A DNA stretch of 64,000 nt. Origin: a virus. Taxonomy: Duplodnaviria > Caudoviricetes. The DNA is taken from the IMG/VR virus record IMGVR_UViG_3300019378_000009, positions 45,429-109,428 of that record. One strand, given 5' to 3'. The translations under genes and the position numbers were made by a program. Shown piece by piece: positions 1-8,934 of the stretch. Position 1 is the stretch's first letter. Every line of letters begins with the position of its first letter. The notes under the pieces are model-generated. The model saw only the letters and a program-made list of their open reading frames with translations, had not been told where the DNA came from and did no database searches.

Positions 1-2
1 TT

Positions 3-212
3 TTGGCTTATGACGCGGATTATCGGACAGAAAAAGAAACAAAAAATAAATTTGAAGAATATAAAAAGATTGCAAAAACTTTAGCGCCATTTTTTAGTAC
101 GAGCGTTCTTATGGATTGGTCACATTTGTTACCATATAAAGCTTCGCCTATTGATTGTGGCAAAGAAATTTTTAATAAGTTATTGGAGAGTAGATATTAT
201 GTTAAATTTTAA
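3..212 (+). CDS. Probable DNA primase, C-terminal fragment (truncated by window edge)
   Basis: YDAD (TOPRIM DxD-like) and KASPIDCGKEIFNKLL ending resemble phage primases; directly upstream of RecJ and DnaE. Confidence 0.55.
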   Translation: MAYDADYRTEKETKNKFEEYKKIAKTLAPFFSTSVLMDWSHLLPYKASPIDCGKEIFNKLLESRYYVKF

Positions 213-1956
213 ATTAAATCCTAATGCAATTGATAGTAATTCTACTGCGCCTTTGGCTGATTATTTGCGCTCATTGGGTATAGAAGCAGTAGAAGAATTT
301 ATGAAAGTTCCAAATAGATCAAATGAACTTGATGGGGAACTTTTAGAAAATGCTTTACATACAGTAGCTTGGTTAAATAAATTATTTACTGAAAATAAGA
401 AATTCTTTTTAATTGTAGACTGCGACACTGACGGTTTTACATCCTCTGCAATATTTTATAATTATTTTAAAAAGCTGTTTCCGGATGCGGACATACAATG
501 GATGTTACACGAAGAGAAGCAGCATGGTATAGAATTGGATAAAATACCAGAAGATAGGGAAGTTATTATAGTACCAGATGCAGGTAGCAATCAGTTACAT
601 GAAATGGAAGTTCTAAATGCGCAGGGTAAATATGTATTTATTATGGATCACCACCAAGTAGAGAAGCCTATTCCCGTAGGCATGGAGTATATAACTGTGG
701 TTAATAATCAGACGTCTGATTTATTTTCCAATAAGGCCTTAAGTGGTGCTGGAGTGACATTTAAAATTGTACAACTATATGATAAAGTATATAATTGGCA
801 TGGTGCTAATGAACTGTATGATCTAGCAGCTTTGGGAATTATTGCAGACTGTATGGATAGCAGAACATTAGATAATAATTATATTATCTACAGAGGATTA
901 AACAATGTGGTTAATCCAATGTTTAAGGCACTTTTAGATAAGCAAGCGTATTCTATTGAAGGTGATATTCCTACCAAAATTGATGTTGCATTTTATATTG
1001 CACCCCTGATTAATGGTACGATTAGGATGGGAACAATGGAAGAGAAAGAACTTCTGTTCCGTGGTTTTATTGAAACAAAACATACTGAATTTTATCCGCA
1101 CGAATGGCGCGGCACCACTACGATGGAAGACTTTTATCATCGTTCTGCTCGTATAGCCTATAATGTAAAGAACGAACAAAACAGGCTAAAGATGAAATGC
1201 TTGGAGTTTCTTCAGAAGCGTGTGGAAGAAAATGGTTTAAATAATAACCAAATTATTGCTGTTGTTGTATCAGATGATGACGAGGTAGTTGTTCCAAAAA
1301 CCATTACCGGACTTGTGGCTATGGAATTGTTAAGACTATATGGTAAGCCATCACTAGTATTAAGACCGGTTATCGACGCAGAAGGCAATAAAACTTTTGC
1401 AGGAAGCGGAAGAAGTTATAGTTATGAGCAACTTCCTTCATTTTTGCAGTTTGTACGCGACCAAGAAGAAAGCGTATACGCTCAAGGACATTCATGCGCG
1501 TTCGGTGCCTCTATTAAGGCGGAAGAGTTTGAACATTTTATTGAAACTTGTAATGAAAAAATGTCACATATTGATTTTTCCAACAATGCGATTATGGTAG
1601 ACGCTATATTTGAGAATAATATAAACCCATTATTGATATACGAATTTGCTCAGGGAAAAGCCATATATGGCAATAGCATACCACAACCGCAAATAGCAGT
1701 TCGCGCCAGAGTCAATAAAAATGATATTCGTATTATGGGAAAAGATGCAAGTAGCATTAGAATTACAATTAAAAACATTCCATTTGTAAAATTTAAAGAC
1801 GCTGAACTGGCAAAAAAATTACAAAGCGCATCTAATTTTATAGTTACTGTTATAGGTAAGCCTGCTCTTAATACATATAATGGAGCGACTACCTCTCAAG
1901 TAAAAATTACTGATATAGAAGTTGAACCAATAGCTAATACTGGAGGATTATTTTAA
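199..1956 (+). CDS. recJ: RecJ-like ssDNA exonuclease (DHH family)
   Basis: DCDTDG, HGI, PDAG, MDHH, LGIIAD, APLING and GSGRS motifs; ATG at 199 follows a GGAG RBS. Confidence 0.92.
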   Translation: MLNFKLNPNAIDSNSTAPLADYLRSLGIEAVEEFMKVPNRSNELDGELLENALHTVAWLNKLFTENKKFFLIVDCDTDGFTSSAIFYNYFKKLFPDADIQWMLHEEKQHGIELDKIPEDREVIIVPDAGSNQLHEMEVLNAQGKYVFIMDHHQVEKPIPVGMEYITVVNNQTSDLFSNKALSGAGVTFKIVQLYDKVYNWHGANELYDLAALGIIADCMDSRTLDNNYIIYRGLNNVVNPMFKALLDKQAYSIEGDIPTKIDVAFYIAPLINGTIRMGTMEEKELLFRGFIETKHTEFYPHEWRGTTTMEDFYHRSARIAYNVKNEQNRLKMKCLEFLQKRVEENGLNNNQIIAVVVSDDDEVVVPKTITGLVAMELLRLYGKPSLVLRPVIDAEGNKTFAGSGRSYSYEQLPSFLQFVRDQEESVYAQGHSCAFGASIKAEEFEHFIETCNEKMSHIDFSNNAIMVDAIFENNINPLLIYEFAQGKAIYGNSIPQPQIAVRARVNKNDIRIMGKDASSIRITIKNIPFVKFKDAELAKKLQSASNFIVTVIGKPALNTYNGATTSQVKITDIEVEPIANTGGLF

Positions 1957-2345
1957 TGGATACTTGGTATAAATATAAAAACACTAGTTTTAAAATAGAT
2001 TTAAACAAAGTTAATATTTCAAAACAAATTTGTTATGGGAACTTTTTATTGGCATCAATTTTGTGGAAAACAATAAAGAGCAAGCCTTCACAGTCTATGT
2101 TCAATAAGTTTTTCTCTAATGCTGCTATTGTTCTTCAAGCAACAGTTGCGCAAAAGGGCTTTAACAACAAAGAAATTGGCGATGCTTATAATTATATTGA
2201 TAAGATTACTAAGGATTTAATTGCAAATAGCAATAGCGCGGAAGATTATGCATTGATGCTTGGAAATATTTCCGAGTTCGATGATATGAACTACACTTTC
2301 ACGGAATTGATTGCTTTTGTGCGGGCAATTGCGACAAAAATTTGA
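1956..2345 (+). CDS. Hypothetical protein
   Basis: 129-aa ORF coupled to recJ by a TAATG overlap. Confidence 0.7.
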   Translation: MDTWYKYKNTSFKIDLNKVNISKQICYGNFLLASILWKTIKSKPSQSMFNKFFSNAAIVLQATVAQKGFNNKEIGDAYNYIDKITKDLIANSNSAEDYALMLGNISEFDDMNYTFTELIAFVRAIATKI

Positions 2346-2370
2346 TTTTTTGTGAATTTTGTGTTATAAT
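2342..2370 (+). promoter_or_regulatory. Sigma-A-type promoter upstream of dnaE
   Basis: TTGATT-17 nt-TATAAT with extended -10 TG, then AGGAG RBS. Confidence 0.65.
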
Positions 2371-2400
2371 ATTAATAGAAAATAATAAAAGGAGAGTTTT

Positions 2401-5400
2401 ATGAATATTAATACATATGCAAGCTTGCATAATCATTCAGAGATCTCCAATCTGAAGTTAATAGATAGCATAAACAAAATTGAAGATTTAATCCAATATG
2501 CCGTGGATTTAGGATTGGCAGGAGTGGCTATAACAGACCACGACTCTGTTGGCGGCCATGTTCGTGCATGGAATTATTACAACAGCCTGCCAGAAGAAGT
2601 AAGAAATAATTTTAAACTTATTCTTGGAAATGAGATTTATCTTTGTCGCAGTGACTTGACTGCAGAGACTCATCAAAAAGGCGAAAAATTTTATCATCTT
2701 ATTCTAATCGCTCTTGATGATATTGGTCACGAGCAAATTAGAGAATTAAGTACACGCGCTTGGTCTCGTTCTTATATGAAAGCAATTATGAGAACGCCAA
2801 CTTATAGTGAAGACTTGTTTGATATTATTGGCGCAAACCCGGGGCATGTTATAGCAACAACTGCTTGTCTTGGTGGATATTGTGGCTCGAAATATGCGCT
2901 CAGAGAATATGAAGCAATTGAAAGACATCTTGGTATGATGGAAGAGCTGTTTGGTAAAGAGAACTTTTTTATTGAACTACAACCCTCCAAACAATCTGAC
3001 CAGTTGATGTATAATAAATATATGGCTGCGACATATTGGGATAGATATAATTTTATTTGCACAACAGACTCGCACTATTTGAAAAAAGATGATGCAGCAA
3101 TTCATAAAGTATTCTTAAATTCTAAAAGCAGTGGTGACAGAGAAGTAGACAGTTTCTATGCCTCCGCTTATATGATGGGATTTAAAGAAATACAAGAATA
3201 TTTTGATAATGCTAATATGCATGACGAATTTATGCAAATGGCGGCAAATACACTTTCTATTTGCGAAAGAGTGCAAGGATATAATTTAAAACAAAACTCA
3301 ATTATACCTAAAATTAAATATGAAAATAATTCAGAATCTGTATTGGCAGTTAATTCTTTTATAGAATGGGCACAAACCATCACTTCTGATGTAGATTATA
3401 TTCTTAAAATGTTTACGGAAGTTAATCCCGCAGATGTTTATATGCTTTATCTTGTTTCTCAAGGTTGGCACAAAATTAAAGACCTACCAAATCAAGAAAA
3501 ATATATTGTAGAGTTAAACTACGAATGTGAACAATTATATAAAATTAGCAAGCAACTTGAACAAAGTATGAGCGACTATTTCATCACAATGGCAAAGATG
3601 ATTGACATTATGTGGGAAGAAGCTGGTACACTTGTTGGTCCGGCTCGTGGTTCCGCAGGTAGTAGTTTGATTGCATATTTACTGGGTATTACACAGATTA
3701 ATCCTCTTACTCAACCAGTAGAACTCCCATTCTGGCGCTTCCTACACGCAGAGAGACCTGGTCTTCCTGATATTGATATAGATACAGAAGCCGATAAGCG
3801 AGTTGCTGTATTTAATAAGGTAAGAGATTATTTCCAGTCTCTTGGTGGAGATATGATACACGTATGTACATACGGAACAGAAGGTAGTAAGTCTGCTATT
3901 AAAACCGCGGCAAGAGGTTTGGGTATAGATGATGATGTGGTTTCATATTTTAGTTCTATGATACCAAATGAACGTGGTTTTGACTGGACATTGAAACAAT
4001 GTTATCTTGGAGACGATGACCATCGCGCTATCCCCGCATTTAAAGCAGAAATGGATAAATATCCTATGTTGTGGAAAGTAGCAAGTGCCATTGAGGGCAT
4101 GATAACTAGATTAGGTTGTCATGCTTCTGGTGTATTAGCTCTTAACCAACCTATTTGGAAAAATAACGCAGCGATGAAAACCAGCAAAGGCATTCTGGTA
4201 ACCGCGTATGACCTGGAAGATACCGAGCAGTTAGGTGGAGTTAAATATGACTATCTTACTGTACAAGCACTGGATAAAATACATGTATGTATGAACTGGT
4301 TGCTTGAAGATAAGCATATAGAATGGCAAGGAGACTTGCGAAAAACATATACTAAATATATTTCACCTGATGCTATCAATTATACTGATAAAGGTATGTG
4401 GGATAGCTTGTGTAACAAAGAAATTCCTAGTACGTTCCAGTTTGATACGGCACAGGGAGGACAGGCAGTTAATCTTATTCAGCCGCATAGTTTACTCGAG
4501 TTGTTAACAGGAAACTCTGTCATGAGACTTATGGCTCAAGATGGTGGTGAGTTACCTTTGGAGATATACGCAAAACATAAGGCAGACATTAATATTTGGT
4601 ATAGAAAAATGCGCGAAGCAAACTTAAACGATGTAGAAATTCAAATTCTTGAATCACATTTGCTTCCCGTTTATGGTGTTGCGGCGTCGCAGGAGTCAAT
4701 GATGAAGTTGGCTATGGATGACAAGATTGCGGGCTTTACTATTGGTGAAGCGAACATTCTTCGTAAGGCAGTAGCAAAGAAAAAGAGAGATTTGCTTGAA
4801 AAAGGTAAAAATCTTTTCTATCAAAAAGGATTGGAAAGAGGAACCAGACTTGAGTTATTGGATTATGTATGGAATGTACAAATTATGACGCAGGCTGGTT
4901 ATTCATTCAGTGACATTCACACAACTGCATATTCATATATAGCAATTCAGGAAATGAATTTGTGTTATTTTTATCCTGATATTTATTGGAAAACTGCTTG
5001 TCTTTCTACAGATGCAGGCGCAATTAATGCAGAAGATTTTTATAACTTAAATGAGCAGAATATTGTAACGGCAACAGAAGAAGAAGATAAGCGTGAACAA
5101 AATAAGGTTCAATACGGTAAAATGGCAAGTGCCATTATTAAATTACAGGAATTTACTGAAGTTGCTCTGCCAGACATTAACAGCGCACGATTTGGTTTTA
5201 CACCAAATGAACAAGACAATAGCGTAATGTTTGGGTTGAGAGGAATTTCTCGCGTTGGAGAGCCAATTATTCAAGCAATATTAGCCAAAAGACCTTTCAC
5301 GTCTTTGGAAGACTTTTGTGAAAGAATGGTTGATGAAGATGGTAAGAAACAAATTAGTAAAGATAGGGTTGTTAATTTAATTAAGGCTGGTGCATTTAAC

Positions 5401-6330
5401 CATATAGAAAATAAAGCAAGAGCAGAAATCTTATCTGATTATTTGCATAAAACTTGTGAGCCAAAAAGTCGTTTGACATTACAGAATTTTGCTATGTTAA
5501 TTGCACATAACCTTATTCCGCAAGAATATAGTTATCAAATTAGAGTATATAATTTTACCAAATATATTCGCAAACAAAAGTTAGCAAGCAGTTATATTTT
5601 GGACTCAGTTGCGATGGATTTTTATATGGAAAATAACTATCCAATGACTTTTGTAAAACAAATGACCAATACAGATGGCATGATTGTAAATACAATTTCT
5701 AAAACTACTTGGGACAGCATATATGAAAGTGAAATGAATAAAGTTCGCGCTTTTATAAAAAGCAATCATGATGTTCTATTGAATAACTTAAATGAACAGT
5801 TGTTCGCGGCTGAGTGGAATAAGTATGCTAGCGGCGATGAGTTAAAATGGGAGCTTGATTCTATGAGTTTCTATTATAGCGGACATCCACTAACTAAGGT
5901 AGAATTGCCTATTGAAATTTCTGGAGTAAAAGACTTGGTTGAGAACGAGTTTGATGGCTTTTGGACAATCAAAGGTAAGCAAGTGCCTAAATATAGATTG
6001 AGAACCATTATTGGCGCGGTTATTGATAAAGATACCACTAAAGGTACATTTACTTTGTCGTGTCCAGACGGAGTAATTAATGTTAAGGTATTTAAGCAAC
6101 AATTTGCTCGATATGCGCACACTCTTTCTGAAACAGATGAAGAAGGAAATAAGACAGTGTTAGAAAATAGTTTCTTTGATAAGGGCACTTTTTTGGCTGT
6201 TACAGGCATTTTAAAAGGTGACACTTTTATGCCTAAAACTTATAGAAGCACTGGTTTTGATCCAATATTAAAAATTGTATTACAAGAAGATGGTTCATTA
6301 GATTATCTTATGCGCAAGGCGGAAGAATGA
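2401..6330 (+). CDS. dnaE: DNA polymerase III alpha subunit (DnaE type)
   Basis: PHP domain (HNHS, AITDH, TACLGG, DSHY), GPARGSAG, PDIDID catalytic motif, HASG, KYDYL, HhH (GISRVG) and C-terminal OB-like region. Confidence 0.96.
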   Translation: MNINTYASLHNHSEISNLKLIDSINKIEDLIQYAVDLGLAGVAITDHDSVGGHVRAWNYYNSLPEEVRNNFKLILGNEIYLCRSDLTAETHQKGEKFYHLILIALDDIGHEQIRELSTRAWSRSYMKAIMRTPTYSEDLFDIIGANPGHVIATTACLGGYCGSKYALREYEAIERHLGMMEELFGKENFFIELQPSKQSDQLMYNKYMAATYWDRYNFICTTDSHYLKKDDAAIHKVFLNSKSSGDREVDSFYASAYMMGFKEIQEYFDNANMHDEFMQMAANTLSICERVQGYNLKQNSIIPKIKYENNSESVLAVNSFIEWAQTITSDVDYILKMFTEVNPADVYMLYLVSQGWHKIKDLPNQEKYIVELNYECEQLYKISKQLEQSMSDYFITMAKMIDIMWEEAGTLVGPARGSAGSSLIAYLLGITQINPLTQPVELPFWRFLHAERPGLPDIDIDTEADKRVAVFNKVRDYFQSLGGDMIHVCTYGTEGSKSAIKTAARGLGIDDDVVSYFSSMIPNERGFDWTLKQCYLGDDDHRAIPAFKAEMDKYPMLWKVASAIEGMITRLGCHASGVLALNQPIWKNNAAMKTSKGILVTAYDLEDTEQLGGVKYDYLTVQALDKIHVCMNWLLEDKHIEWQGDLRKTYTKYISPDAINYTDKGMWDSLCNKEIPSTFQFDTAQGGQAVNLIQPHSLLELLTGNSVMRLMAQDGGELPLEIYAKHKADINIWYRKMREANLNDVEIQILESHLLPVYGVAASQESMMKLAMDDKIAGFTIGEANILRKAVAKKKRDLLEKGKNLFYQKGLERGTRLELLDYVWNVQIMTQAGYSFSDIHTTAYSYIAIQEMNLCYFYPDIYWKTACLSTDAGAINAEDFYNLNEQNIVTATEEEDKREQNKVQYGKMASAIIKLQEFTEVALPDINSARFGFTPNEQDNSVMFGLRGISRVGEPIIQAILAKRPFTSLEDFCERMVDEDGKKQISKDRVVNLIKAGAFNHIENKARAEILSDYLHKTCEPKSRLTLQNFAMLIAHNLIPQEYSYQIRVYNFTKYIRKQKLASSYILDSVAMDFYMENNYPMTFVKQMTNTDGMIVNTISKTTWDSIYESEMNKVRAFIKSNHDVLLNNLNEQLFAAEWNKYASGDELKWELDSMSFYYSGHPLTKVELPIEISGVKDLVENEFDGFWTIKGKQVPKYRLRTIIGAVIDKDTTKGTFTLSCPDGVINVKVFKQQFARYAHTLSETDEEGNKTVLENSFFDKGTFLAVTGILKGDTFMPKTYRSTGFDPILKIVLQEDGSLDYLMRKAEE

Positions 6331-7460
6331 TGATAGTTTTAATTTTAGATTTAGATTGGATATTTGATAAAAGCGAATTACCAAATGTAGATTGTATGAA
6401 GCTGTCGTCATTTCACAAGCAGCGCAAAGACACTGTATATTTTGTAGGAGATATGTCTGAGCTAACCATGACATATGATAGATTGTATGTATTCGGTGAA
6501 TCGGACAGCACTCCCACGATGAGTTCAAAAATTTTAAATGATGAACGCACAGTATTATTTGGAAAAAGATTTGAGTTATGTGGTGCTAAAAAGTTGGGTA
6601 CGGTAGTTATGGGATGTCGCCCTGATTATTTGCTTTATGATGTAACAGATGAAAAAAGTAACTCATATATAAAAGCTAATTTTGTAACTTTTTATACTGA
6701 TTGCGGCGAAAAAATACAAAAGCGACAATCTTGGAAAAATACAAAAAAGGGTGTAAAGCGTACTATAGTTACTGATACTACTTTATGGCGGCAAAAACCA
6801 GAAGAAATTGAACAGTGTTTTGAAGAATTAAAAGGCGAAAAAAATATTGTTTTTTTAGCACCAATTTCCATTAAATTTTTAATCGACAACAGAAGTGTTC
6901 AAGAAAAATTTTTTAGATTACATTTCTCAAAAGGTACAAAATTTAAGTGGAGAAATGATATTGGTAGCGACGAACAATCAGCACAAAAAATTGTGTCATT
7001 TTTAAATGATTTTCGTAAACATACAAAAAGCAACATTGGTGCAATCCCAATTCGCGCTATAGAACAGGGCGAAGTAGAATTGGAAAGTTTAAAACGACTT
7101 ATTAAAGTTTTTGCCATATTTAAACAAAATAAAATTAAATGCTTTTTGCCGCCAATAGAACATTTGGAGCGTATTACATTTCAATGGTTGCGTTCTTGGT
7201 GTGAAAAAGGATTTGAAAACAGTTTTATTGAGGAAATGGTATTTTTTGCTTCTGCTTCAAAAGGCACTAGATGGTTTCATATTATAAATGAGCCAAAATA
7301 TTGGGGTACGCAAAAAACGAAGTTTTTAATTAACTTATTGTGTTTTAATGAATGGAGAGAACTATTGCCACAAATGAGCGTACAATGGGGCAATAATAGC
7401 ATTGACTGTTCTTGTATAGACTTCAATATAATAGACAAATACGCATTTTCATTAATATAG
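6327..7460 (+). CDS. Hypothetical protein, possibly a degenerate radical-SAM-like protein
   Basis: PNVDCMKLSSFHK and RPDYLLY recall a phage radical SAM family, but no CxxxCxxC is present. Confidence 0.45.
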   Translation: MMIVLILDLDWIFDKSELPNVDCMKLSSFHKQRKDTVYFVGDMSELTMTYDRLYVFGESDSTPTMSSKILNDERTVLFGKRFELCGAKKLGTVVMGCRPDYLLYDVTDEKSNSYIKANFVTFYTDCGEKIQKRQSWKNTKKGVKRTIVTDTTLWRQKPEEIEQCFEELKGEKNIVFLAPISIKFLIDNRSVQEKFFRLHFSKGTKFKWRNDIGSDEQSAQKIVSFLNDFRKHTKSNIGAIPIRAIEQGEVELESLKRLIKVFAIFKQNKIKCFLPPIEHLERITFQWLRSWCEKGFENSFIEEMVFFASASKGTRWFHIINEPKYWGTQKTKFLINLLCFNEWRELLPQMSVQWGNNSIDCSCIDFNIIDKYAFSLI

Positions 7461-7468
7461 GAGAATTT

Positions 7469-8029
7469 ATGAAGCAATTATTTTTAGATATAGAAACGAC
7501 AGGTTTTAGCAGAGATTGGAATGAAATTATAGAACTTGCGGCAGTTTTATATGATGATCAAAAGAAAGAAATGATAGATAGTTTCCATATGTATGCAAGA
7601 CCGATTAAAGGCATTCCCGCTAATATTACCGAACTAACCGGTATTACTAATGAACAGGTAGCTAATTGTGGGCCAGAGTGGGATATGTTATTAGACTTTT
7701 GTGATTGGTATGATAACCATAGTGCAGAACAAATTATAGGTCATAATTGCAAAGCTTTTGATTTACAATTTATAAAAGCTAAGTGTGATAAATATCATTT
7801 AACTTGGAAGGGTGAAACTGTGCCAATTGTAGATACCTTATCCTATGCAAGACAATTGAAGAAGAAAGGTTTGCTTAATACCGAAAATCTTAAACAGACA
7901 ACCATTGGTGCGCATTTTGGAATTAACTATGAAGCGCATTCAGCATTATCAGATGTAAGAGCCTTAATTAAAATTTATCAAAAAATGTTAGAATGTGAAA
8001 CTCCCAATCGTGCAAATTTGGGATTTTAA
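7469..8029 (+). CDS. DnaQ-like DEDDh 3'-5' exonuclease (Pol III epsilon-like)
   Basis: DIETTG, GHNxxxFD and HSALSD motifs; GGAG RBS. Confidence 0.9.
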   Translation: MKQLFLDIETTGFSRDWNEIIELAAVLYDDQKKEMIDSFHMYARPIKGIPANITELTGITNEQVANCGPEWDMLLDFCDWYDNHSAEQIIGHNCKAFDLQFIKAKCDKYHLTWKGETVPIVDTLSYARQLKKKGLLNTENLKQTTIGAHFGINYEAHSALSDVRALIKIYQKMLECETPNRANLGF

Positions 8030-8041
8030 GAGGTGAATAAA

Positions 8042-8194
8042 ATGAATAAAGACTTATCTGCTTTTAGCACAGAAGAATTGGAAAACATGTACGAACAATG
8101 TCGCGTAGAAATGAGTAAAATGATTTTTAATCCAGATTTTGTTCTTATGTGTGCGGCAATAGAACAAGAATTAGATAAAAGAGGAAAACAATGA
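8042..8194 (+). CDS. Small hypothetical protein (50 aa, not in ORF track)
   Basis: GAGGTG RBS; MNKDLSAFSTEELEN...KRGKQ; ATGA overlap with the next gene. Confidence 0.65.
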   Translation: MNKDLSAFSTEELENMYEQCRVEMSKMIFNPDFVLMCAAIEQELDKRGKQ

Positions 8195-8895
8195 GTATTT
8201 CAAGAAACTCTGTTCTTGAAACTTTGACGCAAAAAGGTTTTAAATGCACTAATATACAAGAGTATAAAACTTTAGATACTGTACTACAATTAGAGTGTTC
8301 TGTTGGACATAAAATTTGTGCAGACTTTCGTACTGCGCGAGACGATAGATTTTATTGTCCCATATGCGAGGGTAAGAAAAGTTTAGGCACGCTTGTGTTT
8401 CATAAAGAACCACCAAAGAAAAATGGCAAGCGTATTGTTGCCATTGATAATGCAACCAAACATGCAGGCGTGGCAGTATTTGACAATGGTAAATTAGTAC
8501 ATTATGAATTGAAAGAGTTCGAAGGCGAACTAATTGATAGACTGCTTGCAAATCGTAACTACATACGAGATGTAGTAATTAAGGGTTGGCAAGCTGATTT
8601 AATTGTATTGGAAGATATACAATTGCAGAAAAATGTTACTATCTTTAAGACCTTATCTATGTTGAGAGGCAGTTCTATGGTTGCTATTAGAGAGTGCGGA
8701 ATCACTTGTGAGGTTGTTCCTAGCGCCACTTGGAGGTCTCATTTTATGATTAAGGGTGATCGAATTGCGGAAAAGGCTCAAGCAATAGATAAAGTTATGG
8801 ATATGTATGGCGTTAAGGTTGTAGACGATATTGCAGAAGCGATATTGTTAGGTAAATATTCTGCTGACGCAGCAAAAGTTACCAAGTTGTTTTAA
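8191..8895 (+). CDS. RuvC-like Holliday junction resolvase with N-terminal zinc-ribbon domain
   Basis: VAIDNATKHAG, IVLED and DDIAEAI acidic motifs; CxxGH...CPIC at the N-terminus. Confidence 0.8.
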   Translation: MSISRNSVLETLTQKGFKCTNIQEYKTLDTVLQLECSVGHKICADFRTARDDRFYCPICEGKKSLGTLVFHKEPPKKNGKRIVAIDNATKHAGVAVFDNGKLVHYELKEFEGELIDRLLANRNYIRDVVIKGWQADLIVLEDIQLQKNVTIFKTLSMLRGSSMVAIRECGITCEVVPSATWRSHFMIKGDRIAEKAQAIDKVMDMYGVKVVDDIAEAILLGKYSADAAKVTKLF

Positions 8896-8897
8896 TG

Positions 8898-8934
8898 AAA
8901 AAAGGACAGTATAATTACTGTCCTTTTCTTTTTT
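8898..8934. terminator. Bidirectional intrinsic terminator between the convergent replication and structural operons
   Basis: AAAAGGACAGTA-TAAT-TACTGTCCTTTT hairpin with A/T tracts on both sides. Confidence 0.85.

Noticed and set aside
2838-2843. CCCGGG inside dnaE as a member of the repeat family
   Set aside because: The context is ACCCGGGG, it is coding (Asn-Pro-Gly), and it lacks the hairpin, operator and promoter context.
2401-6330. Intein or intron in dnaE, or in terL
   Set aside because: No intein splice motifs, endonuclease insert or frame break is visible; lengths fit uninterrupted genes.
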